In this document: positions 46,609 to 56,849 of the stretch, one piece after another
How the letters are laid out: the number at the start of each line of letters is the position of its first letter
Position numbering within the stretch: position 1 is the stretch's first letter
NCBI GenBank assembly: GCA_015232855.1
Contig: JADFYW010000004.1
Span: 21,488-85,487, forward strand
Direction: 5' to 3'
Source of the DNA: Fibrobacteria bacterium
GTDB lineage: Bacteria; Fibrobacterota; Fibrobacteria; UBA11236; JADFYW01
DNA: 64,000 nucleotides
Notes under the pieces: generated by a model
The model's database searches: none
Told to the model about the DNA's origin: nothing
What the model saw: only the letters and a program-made list of their open reading frames with translations
Made by a program: the position numbers and the translations under genes

Positions 46609-46682
46609 TGACTACTGACTACTGACTACTGACTACTGACTACTGACTACTGACTACTGACTACTGACTACTGATTACTGAA
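46609..46682. repeat. Heptanucleotide tandem repeat (ACTGACT)x~10.5, same CAGTNNT family in reverse orientation
   Basis: gactactgactactgac... continuous for 74 bp, ending 11 bp before the ATG of the histidine kinase gene at 46693. Confidence 0.9.
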
Positions 46683-46692
46683 AGTTGGAATT

Positions 46693-49053
46693 ATGCCCTC
46701 TGATCTGGAAAACATACTGGCAAGAGATGATGTGCCAGATAATGTAAAATGCGCAATTAAAGCAGAGTGTGAAAAAAGAGCGTTAACTGAAGCACAGCTT
46801 CAGGAAAAAACGCAGCTTTGTAATCAGATTATTACAACGCTACCATTTCCTTTTTATATCATTGATGTAGATACCTATGAAATTTTAGATACCAATGCAA
46901 TTACATCAGATGTCTTGGATATCAATACTGCCAAGCACTGTTATGAAGTTTCTCATAACCACAGCGAGCCCTGTTTGGGTGACAATCATCCCTGTCCAAT
47001 TGCCGAAGCAAAAAAGACTAAACAACAGGTAAGGGTCGAACATATTCATATCGATCAATATGGCAAAGAACACATTGTAGATGTTCATTGTTGTCCGATC
47101 ATAGATACCCGGGGTGATGTGTCCAGGGTTATAGAATATGCTATTGATCAAACAGAAAAAATATTAACACATAAACAGCTTAAGGAAATAGAATCAAAGT
47201 ACCTTGACTTATTTCTTTCCAGCACCGACGGTATTGTTATCGCGGATATTGAAACAAAAAAGATTGTGGATGTAAACCCTGCTATATGTGAGATGCTTGG
47301 TTATATCAGAAAAGAATTATTGGAACTGAGTATTAAGGATATTCATCCAAAAGATAAATGGGAGTATATAAAAAGTGAGTTTATGGCACAGGCAAAAGGA
47401 GCCAAGCGCCTTTCCTCAGAGATGCCGTGCCTTAAAAAGAACGGTGAAGTTTTTTATGCGGATGTGAATGCCCATAAACAAATCATCAATGGGAGAGGTT
47501 GTAACATTGGTATTTTTAGAGATGTTACCGAAAAAAGAAAAGCAAGAGCAAAAATCAATTTCCAGGCATCTCTTTTAGATCAGGTGCATAACGCAGTTAT
47601 TACTGTTGATTTGAATAATGTTATCCTTTCCTGGAACCATCATGCTGAAAGTTTATACTTATGGAAGAGTAGCGAAGCAGTAGGGCAAAATATTATTGAG
47701 TTACTTTGTCCTGAAGAAATGAAGGGTGTGGTCAAGGAAAATTTTGACCAGTTGAATAGAGATGGCCATTGGGAAGGCGCCTTTGATGTAAAAAGAAAAG
47801 ATGGTACTACTATTCCTGCCTATATTATTCAAACTTATCTGAAAGACCAGGATGGTGAAATTATTGGGATTATTGGTGTGAGTTATGATATCTCTGAAAG
47901 AAAGAAAAACGAACAGAAATTGATTAAAGCCAAAGAAAAGGCACAAGCGGCTGATAGACTTAAAACCGCTTTTCTGGCATCCATTTCCCATGAAATCAGG
48001 ACACCCTTAAACCATATATCAATGGGTACAGAGCTGATAAAGGATAGCATCGAGGAAAATCTAGATGAAGACCAGCAGGAAATTTTTGATGATATGAAGA
48101 CTTCAGAAGTAATGCTTTTGCGATTACTGGATGATATTGTAGACACTTCTATGATAAGTAGCGGATTACTTACCATAAAGCCTCGCGAATGTTCGCTTCA
48201 TGCTATACTGGAGCCTCTCTTTAATAATTTTTCCAATGTGATCAAGGCAGAAAAACCGGAACTTAGGCTTAACTATGTTAAAACAGATGATGTTTACCTG
48301 TATACTGATCCGGGTAGATTTGAACAAGTGATTTCTAATCTTCTTAATAACGCCTTTAAATTTTCTACTACGGGTGAAATCCGCTTTGGATATCAGCGGA
48401 TAAGTGGAAACCGGGTAGAAATGTATGTCGAAGATGAAGGTATTGGCATTGCCAAAGAACGTCAGCAGGAGATATTTAATAAGTTTACTCAGATTGATAA
48501 TGACCTGGAGCGCAAGTATGGTGGCATAGGGTTGGGGCTCACCATAGCCCAATCACTGGTAGAGATGCTTGGAGGGCAATTACAGGTAGAATCAGAATTA
48601 GGTAAAGGAACCCGGTTTTATTTTTCTTTAGCAGTAGCAGAAGAGTATTCCCCACAAAAACAAACATCGGAGGAAACGAATACTGTTGGGGCATCAAGTA
48701 AGTGTATTCTTATAGCTGAAGATGATATGATCAGTGAAAAAATGTTGGAAACTTATTTGGACTCCAAAGGCTTTCATGTATTGCATGCTGAAAACGGCGA
48801 AAAAGCGGTTGTGTTGGTTAAGGAACATAAAGTTGGTATGGTTTTTATGGATATTAACATGCCGGTGATGAATGGGGTGGAGGCTACGAGACTCATTAAA
48901 CAATTTGACAGTACTATTCCGATTGTGGCCATGACCAGCCTGGCTATGAAAGGTGATAAAGAAACCTTTATGGCGGCCGGGTGTGATGATTATATCGCTA
49001 AGCCAACCAAACTGGAAATAGTGATGGAGAAGGTTGGGAAGTATATGGGATAG
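46693..49053 (+). CDS. Hybrid sensor histidine kinase (PAS x3 - HisKA - HATPase - REC) with Cys-triad sensor
   Basis: H-box LASISHEIRTPLN, HATPase (DEGIGI, GGIGLGL), C-terminal receiver (ILIAEDDMIS...MDINMPVMNG); N-terminal HCYEVSHNHSEPCLGDNHPC. Confidence 0.85.
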   Translation: MPSDLENILARDDVPDNVKCAIKAECEKRALTEAQLQEKTQLCNQIITTLPFPFYIIDVDTYEILDTNAITSDVLDINTAKHCYEVSHNHSEPCLGDNHPCPIAEAKKTKQQVRVEHIHIDQYGKEHIVDVHCCPIIDTRGDVSRVIEYAIDQTEKILTHKQLKEIESKYLDLFLSSTDGIVIADIETKKIVDVNPAICEMLGYIRKELLELSIKDIHPKDKWEYIKSEFMAQAKGAKRLSSEMPCLKKNGEVFYADVNAHKQIINGRGCNIGIFRDVTEKRKARAKINFQASLLDQVHNAVITVDLNNVILSWNHHAESLYLWKSSEAVGQNIIELLCPEEMKGVVKENFDQLNRDGHWEGAFDVKRKDGTTIPAYIIQTYLKDQDGEIIGIIGVSYDISERKKNEQKLIKAKEKAQAADRLKTAFLASISHEIRTPLNHISMGTELIKDSIEENLDEDQQEIFDDMKTSEVMLLRLLDDIVDTSMISSGLLTIKPRECSLHAILEPLFNNFSNVIKAEKPELRLNYVKTDDVYLYTDPGRFEQVISNLLNNAFKFSTTGEIRFGYQRISGNRVEMYVEDEGIGIAKERQQEIFNKFTQIDNDLERKYGGIGLGLTIAQSLVEMLGGQLQVESELGKGTRFYFSLAVAEEYSPQKQTSEETNTVGASSKCILIAEDDMISEKMLETYLDSKGFHVLHAENGEKAVVLVKEHKVGMVFMDINMPVMNGVEATRLIKQFDSTIPIVAMTSLAMKGDKETFMAAGCDDYIAKPTKLEIVMEKVGKYMG

Positions 49054-49210
49054 TCCTCAGTTTGTTCTTCTCATGCTCTTTTTAATTATTTTCGTACAAA
49101 AGAGTCTTTTTTAATCAAAAACCAAACAAGTCATTAATGTTTACCTTATACTAAGCTTTGTTTTTCTTATTTTAACAGTTGATTTTTCGAGAAAAAAGAG
49201 GTATTCTATA

Positions 49211-49241
49211 AATATAGATCTGATCGGATCCGATCTATATT
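49211..49241. promoter_or_regulatory. 31-bp imperfect palindrome; candidate operator of the toxin-antitoxin operon
   Basis: AATATAGATCTGATCGGATCCGATCTATATT immediately upstream of the RBS AAGAGGAGG and the antitoxin ATG at 49257. Confidence 0.5.
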
Positions 49242-49256
49242 AAAGAGGAGGCTTTT

Positions 49257-49493
49257 ATGGTTTTTATAAACATTTCAGAGGCAAAAGCCAGTTTGTCGCG
49301 GCTGATAGAAATGGTAAGGAAGGGAGAAGATGTAATTATTGGCAAAGCGGGTAAACCGGTTGTAAAAATCATTCCATTTGACCAGGATACCCGGCAAAGA
49401 ACGGGCGGCCAATGGAAAGGTAAAATAAAAATTTCCGCTGACTTTGATGTATTGCCTGATGATATTATGAAAACATTTACCTTAGGTTCCTGA
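49257..49493 (+). CDS. Phd/YefM-family type II antitoxin
   Basis: 78 aa; ISEAKASLSRLIEMVRKGEDVIIGKAGKPVVKIIP is typical of the Phd/YefM N-terminus; stop overlaps the toxin start. Confidence 0.75.
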   Translation: MVFINISEAKASLSRLIEMVRKGEDVIIGKAGKPVVKIIPFDQDTRQRTGGQWKGKIKISADFDVLPDDIMKTFTLGS

Positions 49494-49870
49494 TGAACCT
49501 TCTTCTGGATACCCATATATTGCTTTGGTGGCTTGATAACCCATCCCTTATAAAAAGAGACGCTGCAAATTTAATAACGGATGGAAAAAACGGTGTTTAT
49601 ATAAGTTCAGCTACTATTTGGGAAATTGTATTAAAAAAATCATTAGGCAAATTATGTATACCAGATAATTTAGAAGAGGTCATTACGAGTAACCGGTTTT
49701 TATACTTACCTATAGCTCCACATCATGCATTCAGGCTTGAGTGTCTTCCACACATCCACCGGGACCCTTTTGACCGTATCCTTATCGCTCAAGCACTTTG
49801 CGAAAAATATACCCTGGTAACAAGGGATAAGATAATCCCCCAATATGATCTTGATGTTATTGAAGGTTAG
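49493..49870 (+). CDS. vapC: PIN-domain ribonuclease toxin
   Basis: LLDTHILLW (Asp5), conserved E/D residues (TIWEIV, DPFDRILIAQA, TRD); 125 aa. Confidence 0.75.
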   Translation: MNLLLDTHILLWWLDNPSLIKRDAANLITDGKNGVYISSATIWEIVLKKSLGKLCIPDNLEEVITSNRFLYLPIAPHHAFRLECLPHIHRDPFDRILIAQALCEKYTLVTRDKIIPQYDLDVIEG

Positions 49871-49909
49871 TATCTGTTCAAGACAACACCTTTCAACGAA
49901 GTGGCAGCC

Positions 49910-52543
49910 TTACCAATGATATACACATCCAAAAAACAAAAAGGGAAAGGGAAGGTTCAGGTCAAGTAATTTTAATTCTTGTGTTTTACTGTCGCGCAAA
50001 AAGTAATTGGGGCGGTTAAAGGCGTTCCAGACTTCAAAATAAGTCTCAATATGGTGCCCTGCAAATGACACTCCTTTGAATAGGCGAATATCAAAGCGGT
50101 TATAGGGGGCGTACCGGGCGCTGTTACGTGCTCCTATCATGATTAAATCACTACCTGTTCCTGCGTCATTTAAGGTGCCGTTGTATGGGGTATAGGCCTG
50201 GCCGGCGGCATAGCGGTATTTCAGGCTTAGGTTATAATGGTTGGGGAGTTCAATAATGTTTTCCCAGTTTATGTTCCAGGGGCGGTGGGATGCGTAAGGG
50301 TAGAATGTTTCTGATTGGTCCTGCCTTTTTGAAATACTGTAGTCGGCAGATACTCTGCCGGTCCAGTTGTCCATGAGACGGTAAAAGCAGGTGATTTCGG
50401 TTCCTCCAATAATTGCGGTACCCGTGTTCCCATAAGCAAGATTGTAATCACCAAATAATACCGTTGCCTTCTGTCTTGTTTCATCGTCCAGGGCATCTGG
50501 CGAAGGGTTAGACTCAAGAAGGGTTCTGATTGCTTCAATTTCTTCTTCCGGGATGCCTGTATTAGGAGTTGGCAACAGGAGGCTGCTGAGATTTATGTTC
50601 CCATTGGGAACAAGCCGGGAGGATATTAAATCATAATTGTATTTACCGTAATTGCTCCAGCCAAATTCCCAGTTTTCTCCGGCCTTGAATTGCCATGAGA
50701 GGGAGGTGTAGAGAGATTTTTCGGCAAGCAGATTTGGGTTAGCGTTATTTTGATAGAATGTTGGATTATCTCGCAGGTATTGACCGAGACTTAAGTAAAA
50801 CAAATTCTTACTATTGAGTTGGTAGGTAATCTTTGCCCGTGGTTCCGGTTGAAATTCATGGTTTGACAGGTTGTAACCACTGCGCAAACCAGTGAGTAAA
50901 GAAACGGAAGGTGATAGTTCCCATTCATCAGAAACAAAGATGGCTAATTTTTGGTTGAGATGCTCTCCTTCGTGGTCAAAGCGGAGTCGGCGGGTGTATT
51001 CTCCCAGGTAGGCCATAGCAGATTGAGAGGGGTCTTCTTTTTCAATCTGGAAACCTTCACCGGCAAAGTATCCAAGTCCTGAGAGCATATTAATATTATT
51101 GTTAGCAATCATCTCATACAAGGGGAGGGGAAGACTGGTGTTGTAGGCCATATGATGCCGACTATAGGCTAATCCGAAGGTTAAGAGCCGGGAGCCGAAA
51201 CCCGAGTAGACTGCTTTTTGTTTAATATCCAGAACTTCCTGTGAAAAATCCAGATTAAAACTGCTTGCGTCAAGGCCGGTATACCAGTTTGCATCTTGTT
51301 CTTCAGGTGAAAGAGAGAGTGATTTAAGATCCTCTCCATTGGCAAAAGCAACATCCCAGCTCTGCCATTGCATTCCAAAAGCAGTCTCAATCCACCAGTC
51401 TTCAGACAGGGTAAAAGGGATATTGATAATATGTACCTGGTTGTTGAGGTGTACCAGAGAAAGACTGTCGAGGCCGATGGACTCTGCCTGACGAAAGCTC
51501 TCTGCCGGGAATACATTTACCTGGGGCGCAAAGGGAATGGCCCGTTCCCGGATGATGTTTTGCTCTTCGGGGATGGTAATATTGTAAAAATCTTTTGATG
51601 AGATTCCCGTGTAATAGACGGACAGTTGAGTATTTACTTTCAATTCGGCACCATATTGAAAATCACTGAAATTGGGTAGATTCACATACTTTTTATATTC
51701 ATTCATTTCTACTTCATAAGCACTGTCTCCGGCGATATTATTTAATAATTGTTTTACGGTATAGTCATACCAGAGGTCCTGATAGGCAATATGGACCGCA
51801 AGGGTATTTTTAAAAATCGGGGCTTCAAGGTACCCGGTTCCTTTCAGGAGGGAAACATTCGCAAGAACATACATAGAATCGGGAGAGGGTCTGCGGGAGT
51901 TTATATATAAAGCTCCTGACAGCACATCTCCGCCTTCGGTGGGAAATGCACTGTTGTAAAACCGCATATCCTCAATGGACTCGGTGTTTAAAATTGAAAA
52001 AATACTGCCGAAATGATAGGGGTAGAGCAGGGGAATACCATCAAGAAAGACCTGGTGCTCTTCACTCCCGCCGCCCCTTACCTGGGGTCTGGCATTAAAA
52101 TCATTTTGGATGGAAACTCCGGGTAACGCGTTCATCGCCCGGATAGGGTCTCCCATGGAAGCGGGCAGATTTTTTATAGTTTCTCTGGTCATTCTTTGTG
52201 ACCCGTCATGGAGTCTCCCTTCTACACGACGGGTTTTGGAGATAACTTTTTCAGGTAATTCGAGAATGAGCGAATCGGGAATGGAATACGACGTGGTGTC
52301 TGGGGGGATAGGGAAAGTGTAGGGCGATGGAATGAGAAATATTATGGTAAGAAACACTTTTATTGAGAAAAGCCCCCATGCCTTCCATTTCAATGGTATG
52401 AGTTTTATTGATTTATAGTTCGAATATCGAACAAGGAACACCGATATTTGATTTAAGAAGTTTAAAAAGAAGATTAAGGCAAGGATGAGATGTTTTTTTC
52501 CACTTCTAAAATCGCTATTTGGTGTTCCTTGTTCGATATTCAT
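49910..52543 (-). CDS. TonB-dependent outer-membrane receptor (start probably internal, near 52363)
   Basis: Plug-domain motifs (DPIRAMNALPGVS, VRGGGSEE, VFLDGIPL), long beta-barrel, C-terminal ...GCVYHW aromatic terminus. Confidence 0.75.
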   Translation of the reverse strand: MNIEQGTPNSDFRSGKKHLILALIFFLNFLNQISVFLVRYSNYKSIKLIPLKWKAWGLFSIKVFLTIIFLIPSPYTFPIPPDTTSYSIPDSLILELPEKVISKTRRVEGRLHDGSQRMTRETIKNLPASMGDPIRAMNALPGVSIQNDFNARPQVRGGGSEEHQVFLDGIPLLYPYHFGSIFSILNTESIEDMRFYNSAFPTEGGDVLSGALYINSRRPSPDSMYVLANVSLLKGTGYLEAPIFKNTLAVHIAYQDLWYDYTVKQLLNNIAGDSAYEVEMNEYKKYVNLPNFSDFQYGAELKVNTQLSVYYTGISSKDFYNITIPEEQNIIRERAIPFAPQVNVFPAESFRQAESIGLDSLSLVHLNNQVHIINIPFTLSEDWWIETAFGMQWQSWDVAFANGEDLKSLSLSPEEQDANWYTGLDASSFNLDFSQEVLDIKQKAVYSGFGSRLLTFGLAYSRHHMAYNTSLPLPLYEMIANNNINMLSGLGYFAGEGFQIEKEDPSQSAMAYLGEYTRRLRFDHEGEHLNQKLAIFVSDEWELSPSVSLLTGLRSGYNLSNHEFQPEPRAKITYQLNSKNLFYLSLGQYLRDNPTFYQNNANPNLLAEKSLYTSLSWQFKAGENWEFGWSNYGKYNYDLISSRLVPNGNINLSSLLLPTPNTGIPEEEIEAIRTLLESNPSPDALDDETRQKATVLFGDYNLAYGNTGTAIIGGTEITCFYRLMDNWTGRVSADYSISKRQDQSETFYPYASHRPWNINWENIIELPNHYNLSLKYRYAAGQAYTPYNGTLNDAGTGSDLIMIGARNSARYAPYNRFDIRLFKGVSFAGHHIETYFEVWNAFNRPNYFLRDSKTQELKLLDLNLPFPFLFFGCVYHW

Positions 52544-52575
52544 TTTTTTGATAACAGTTCTTTAGCTAATAATTA

Positions 52576-53250
52576 TTAAAAACGCCATGCCATACCTATG
52601 TTCACATTAAATTGTGGTTTCCATATGGTTTCATCGGTTTCCAGTCCTGCCGGGATTTCGGGGTAGGAAGTGATAAACTGTGGTATGACATAATCAGGGA
52701 AAAGAAAAATATCATAGACCCGGAAGTAAAGTCCAAGGCTTGATTGATAGACCATACGCTGCCGGTGGGTAAAGGGGCTATCGATATCTTCTTCAAATAC
52801 TTTGAAAAACTGGGTGGCAATATAGCTGGCCCGGAAATTTGCAAAGAGGATATGCATCCCAAGGAGGGTAGAGGCGCCATATTCCATAAACAGCGTATTA
52901 TCCGCCCACATACCGATACCCCAACCTGCGCTGAGGCTATGCCGGTACCAGGTTTCGTGACCTCCCGGCATGGCAAGTTTCATATCAAATTCCATGGTAC
53001 CCGGGTTTGTGGGGACTTCAAGGTGCAGACCGATATCTCCTCCCGGGAAGGGCCCCCATTTATCAAAAATACCCAGGCGGTAATCAAGGCTGGTTTTTAT
53101 CAAGTCTGACTGGTTATAGCGCTGGTGACCAAGCCCTAAAGTCACACGGGTTTTACCCGGGGATAGTGTTTTCCCGGTATTAAAATGATGGGTGGTGTAC
53201 AGGCAGGATGAAAAGATGATTGCTGGTGCCAATATCCAGAAAAACCGCAT
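52576..53250 (-). CDS. Outer-membrane beta-barrel protein, unknown function
   Basis: Signal peptide; alternating beta pattern; classic C-terminal signature NVNIGMAWRF. Confidence 0.5.
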   Translation of the reverse strand: MRFFWILAPAIIFSSCLYTTHHFNTGKTLSPGKTRVTLGLGHQRYNQSDLIKTSLDYRLGIFDKWGPFPGGDIGLHLEVPTNPGTMEFDMKLAMPGGHETWYRHSLSAGWGIGMWADNTLFMEYGASTLLGMHILFANFRASYIATQFFKVFEEDIDSPFTHRQRMVYQSSLGLYFRVYDIFLFPDYVIPQFITSYPEIPAGLETDETIWKPQFNVNIGMAWRF

Positions 53251-53380
53251 ATTATCCTCGTTAATTGCGAAAAGTCATACCTAAATAGCGGGCCTGCCTC
53301 TATTCCAGTAAACTACTACATTCTGAAAAATTAGTGTCACAGTTGTGTAAAATCTATTTGTTTTGGCCAGAAGAAAATAA

Positions 53381-53998
53381 TTGACTGATTACTTAGTTGA
53401 TGAAAATAACGGACTGGGGTATATTATTAGATATTCAAACTACTACCAACAGGGAAATTTTATGAGCACAAACGATAAAATGGAGATTCCAGGCCTTTAT
53501 AAATTGATTCCTTTAACGAGTTTTCGTGAAACAGAAGGAGTGTCTTTTGATATCCTTTCACCGAAAAATTTTCCTGCAATTCATTCTATAGACCGGGTTA
53601 TTCACAAAAGCCGGGCAGTTTCACCGGGTAGAGTAGGGGATGTGGAAAAAGCCTGGTATTTGCACCAATCTCAGGACGACAATCTCATGGTAATGCACGG
53701 TGTAAGATATGTTGACCTGTATAATAAAGAATATGGAAAAGTCTTAAGTTTTAAAGTAACAGCAGATGAAATTATTTTGGATGGTGAGAAAATTAACACT
53801 GCTCCTGCCATGCTTACCTGGCCCAGAGGCGTGTTTCATAGAGTTATGAGTGGAGATGAAGGCTCAATTTCAATAAATCTTGCCACACATTATGATAACT
53901 TTGACATTAAAACTAATTTCAGTATTTATGATCTCAATGTAGAGACCGGTGAATATAAGGTGATTAGAAAGGGTGAGCTGGATCAGCACAATGTTTAA
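53381..53998 (+). CDS. Hypothetical protein, possible cupin fold (start likely at internal MSTNDK, 53462)
   Basis: WYLHQSQDDNLMVMHG...PRGVFHRV resembles a cupin metal-site pattern; no stronger assignment. Confidence 0.3.
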   Translation: MTDYLVDENNGLGYIIRYSNYYQQGNFMSTNDKMEIPGLYKLIPLTSFRETEGVSFDILSPKNFPAIHSIDRVIHKSRAVSPGRVGDVEKAWYLHQSQDDNLMVMHGVRYVDLYNKEYGKVLSFKVTADEIILDGEKINTAPAMLTWPRGVFHRVMSGDEGSISINLATHYDNFDIKTNFSIYDLNVETGEYKVIRKGELDQHNV

Positions 53999-54161
53999 GG
54001 GGAATCTTGTCCAAAGTAAATTCTAATTTTTAAATACACCGCCTTACCAGCATCCTGCTTTCGGCGGCACTCCCAACTTCCTGTTGGTCGTAAATTCTAA
54101 ATCCTAAAAAAATCATAACAGTTAGTAATTAAAAAGAATTATTGCATTACCAAAAGGTACA

Positions 54162-54731
54162 ATGAATATGAAAAAAGTAGTGGTTCTGTTAGCTGAAGGC
54201 TTTGAAGAAATTGAAACGGTAACCCCGGTTGATCTCTTAAGACGGGGTGGGATCCAGGTTGATATTGCCGCTGTTGGCAAAGATAAAATTATCTCTGGTG
54301 GGCAGAAAATAACTTTGCAGGCAGATATCTTTCTGAGTGAAGTTGAGTCATCGTCTTATGATTTATTGTTTATTCCCGGTGGTGGTCTGGGTGTACAGAA
54401 TCTTTTAGCTGATGAAGATGTTCCAACACTTATCCGCGACTTTAGTGCTGCCGGGAAATGGATAGCCTCTATCTGTGCAGGTCCAAAAGTACTGGTAAAT
54501 GCCGGTGTGCTTCAGGATAGTTGTATTACTTCTTATCCTACTGTTAAAAACGAGGTGTTATCCGGGATTAAATCTTACAGCGAAGACCGGGTTGTGGTGG
54601 ATGGAAATATTATCACCTCCCGGGGTGCTGGTTGCGCTGAAGCCTTTGGTTTGATGGTACTGGAAAAGCTTGTTGGCCCGGAAGAAGCCAGGCGAGTGGC
54701 TGAAGCTATTATTACCGGCCTGGTTTTGTAA
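54162..54731 (+). CDS. DJ-1/PfpI-family protein (YajL/ThiJ-like)
   Basis: KVVVLLAEGFEEIE N-terminus, nucleophile elbow SICAGPKVL with the conserved Cys, correct 189-aa length. Confidence 0.8.
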   Translation: MNMKKVVVLLAEGFEEIETVTPVDLLRRGGIQVDIAAVGKDKIISGGQKITLQADIFLSEVESSSYDLLFIPGGGLGVQNLLADEDVPTLIRDFSAAGKWIASICAGPKVLVNAGVLQDSCITSYPTVKNEVLSGIKSYSEDRVVVDGNIITSRGAGCAEAFGLMVLEKLVGPEEARRVAEAIITGLVL

Positions 54732-55061
54732 TGCTTCGGGTTTAGAATCGGAAAAACGAAATGAGTCCTTATTTTTTGAAGATAATTCTCGCCTGATTAT
54801 TTTCTAACCTGGTGACTCCCAGTTTTTCCAGGCAAGCTGGAATAACACCTTTCATAATGAACTCCTTGTAAGTTGACGTAATTCAGTTTGGGTTCTTTGT
54901 AAAAGATAATAAGACCTCCTCAAATTTTTTGTGGCCTATTCGAAAAGTTACCCTTTAAGGGGGCGTTTCACAGATGGTAATATATTGTTATTTTTCGACG
55001 ATTAGAAAAAAAACAATGATATTTACTTGCTTAAAAGGGATTTGAAAAAAAGCCGATAAAA

Positions 55062-55799
55062 ATGAATACCGAAAGAGATACTGATAAAATCTACGAGCAG
55101 CCTCAGTCAAAAATAACGCCCTTTTCATTTACTGATGAAGTGGCGAGTGTATTTGACGATATGGCGCGCCGATCCATTCCGTGCTATGCTCAGGTCCAGG
55201 ATGCAATAGCGTCTGTTGCAGGCAAGTGTTACAAATACAATGGTGTAATTTATGACCTGGGCTGCTCCACCGGTACTTCTCTTTACAATATTGCCCGGCG
55301 GCTGCAATCAAACAAATTAAAATTAACGGGTATAGATGACGCACCTGCAATGGTAAAACAATGTCGTCAAAAGCTGGGACAATTCAACCTTAAAGGACAG
55401 ATTGAAATCCTCCAGGGTGACATAAGTAATTTTAACTACACTCATGCAGAAATGTTTATCCTGAATTATGTGTTACAGTTTATTTCTCCGGATAAAAAAC
55501 CGGTTTTATTAGATACCCTTTATAGGGCCTTACCTAAGGGTGGTGTGTTATTCTTATCTGACAAAACCATACAGGAAACCGAGCAGCTGAATACTCTTTT
55601 TACCGATGTGTATTATGAATTCAAGGTTAATCAGGGATACTCAGAACTTGAAATTTCTCAAAAACGGGAAGCCCTTGAAAACGTATTGACCCCATGTACC
55701 GATAAGGAACTTATGGGGTTGTTAAAGAACGCGGGGTTCTCATCTATGGAAATAATTGTTAAACATCTTAATTTCACTTCAATTGTAGCAGTTAAATAA
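55062..55799 (+). CDS. cmoA: Carboxy-S-adenosyl-L-methionine synthase
   Basis: FDDMARRSIPCY, YDLGCSTG, and GYSELEISQKREALEN nearly identical to the E. coli CmoA GYSELEISQKRSMLEN block. Confidence 0.85.
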   Translation: MNTERDTDKIYEQPQSKITPFSFTDEVASVFDDMARRSIPCYAQVQDAIASVAGKCYKYNGVIYDLGCSTGTSLYNIARRLQSNKLKLTGIDDAPAMVKQCRQKLGQFNLKGQIEILQGDISNFNYTHAEMFILNYVLQFISPDKKPVLLDTLYRALPKGGVLFLSDKTIQETEQLNTLFTDVYYEFKVNQGYSELEISQKREALENVLTPCTDKELMGLLKNAGFSSMEIIVKHLNFTSIVAVK

Positions 55800-55825
55800 T
55801 CCTTTCCAGTAGTAGAACTAAAAAT

Positions 55826-56842
55826 ATGAGTACCGATACACCGCAAATAATCAAAGAGTTAAAAAAACAGTTTTATGCAAGTTTTGTTGATGTGTTGGCA
55901 TCCCCAGAAAAAGAGTGCTTTGCTTCTTTGACATCGAAAATTACTGCTTTTGAAAACAAAGAATTTGCACGGCATGATATGCAACCTGCAATAAAAAGTT
56001 TTTTAAATCTGCCTGCTCTCAATGTGTCTGAATCCGTTTTTTATCAGGATGTGGTACAAATTGGTAACGAAACGGATCCTGGTGCTACTGGGTTTCCATT
56101 GGAACTTGAAACGCATTTGCAAAACCTTATTATCTGGCGCAAAGGTCCATTTAAATTATTTGGGCGGGATATTGATGCTGAGTGGCGGTCTAATCTTAAA
56201 TGGGATCGTCTTATCTCTGCGGTGGGGACCCTTACCAATGAACGGGTACTTGATGTGGGGGCAAGCTCCGGGTATTATATGTTTCGCATGAAGAGCTTAA
56301 ACCCGAAATGGGTGTTGGGCATTGACCCTTCTGCTCGTTTTAAATTGCAGTTTGAGACCTTGCAAAAATATGCTCAGGTAGCCGGACTCTATTATGAGAC
56401 TCTTATGATGGAAGATATGGATGTCTTGCCTGATTTTTTTGATACGGTTTTTTGTATGGGCATACTTTATCACCAACGGAGCCCCTTTGACGCCCTGACA
56501 ATCCTACGGAAGTGTATAAGGCCGGGGGGGAGGTTGTTCCTGGAAACACTTATTATTGAGAATGATGAGTTTCTGGCACTTTCTCCGGTAACCACTTATG
56601 CTAAAATGAGAAACGTCTACTTTATCCCAAGTGTAGCCTGTCTCAAAGGCTGGCTGCAAAGGGCGGGATTCAATAAGGTTGAGGTTATCTCAATTGATGT
56701 GACCACTCCTGAAGAACAGCGTAACACGCCTTTTTGTCCTCAACCGGCAGAGAGTCTTATTCATGATCTGGACCCGGATGATAACACCCGAACGGTTGAA
56801 GGATATCCTGCTCCGGTACGGGTATGTTTATTGGCCCGATAA
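55826..56842 (+). CDS. cmoB: tRNA U34 carboxymethyltransferase
   Basis: IWRKGPFKLFGRDIDAEWRSNLKWDRL versus E. coli [27 protein letters not shown]; C-terminal TVEGYPAPVR matches CmoB. Confidence 0.85.
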   Translation: MSTDTPQIIKELKKQFYASFVDVLASPEKECFASLTSKITAFENKEFARHDMQPAIKSFLNLPALNVSESVFYQDVVQIGNETDPGATGFPLELETHLQNLIIWRKGPFKLFGRDIDAEWRSNLKWDRLISAVGTLTNERVLDVGASSGYYMFRMKSLNPKWVLGIDPSARFKLQFETLQKYAQVAGLYYETLMMEDMDVLPDFFDTVFCMGILYHQRSPFDALTILRKCIRPGGRLFLETLIIENDEFLALSPVTTYAKMRNVYFIPSVACLKGWLQRAGFNKVEVISIDVTTPEEQRNTPFCPQPAESLIHDLDPDDNTRTVEGYPAPVRVCLLAR

Positions 56843-56849
56843 AAAGAAG

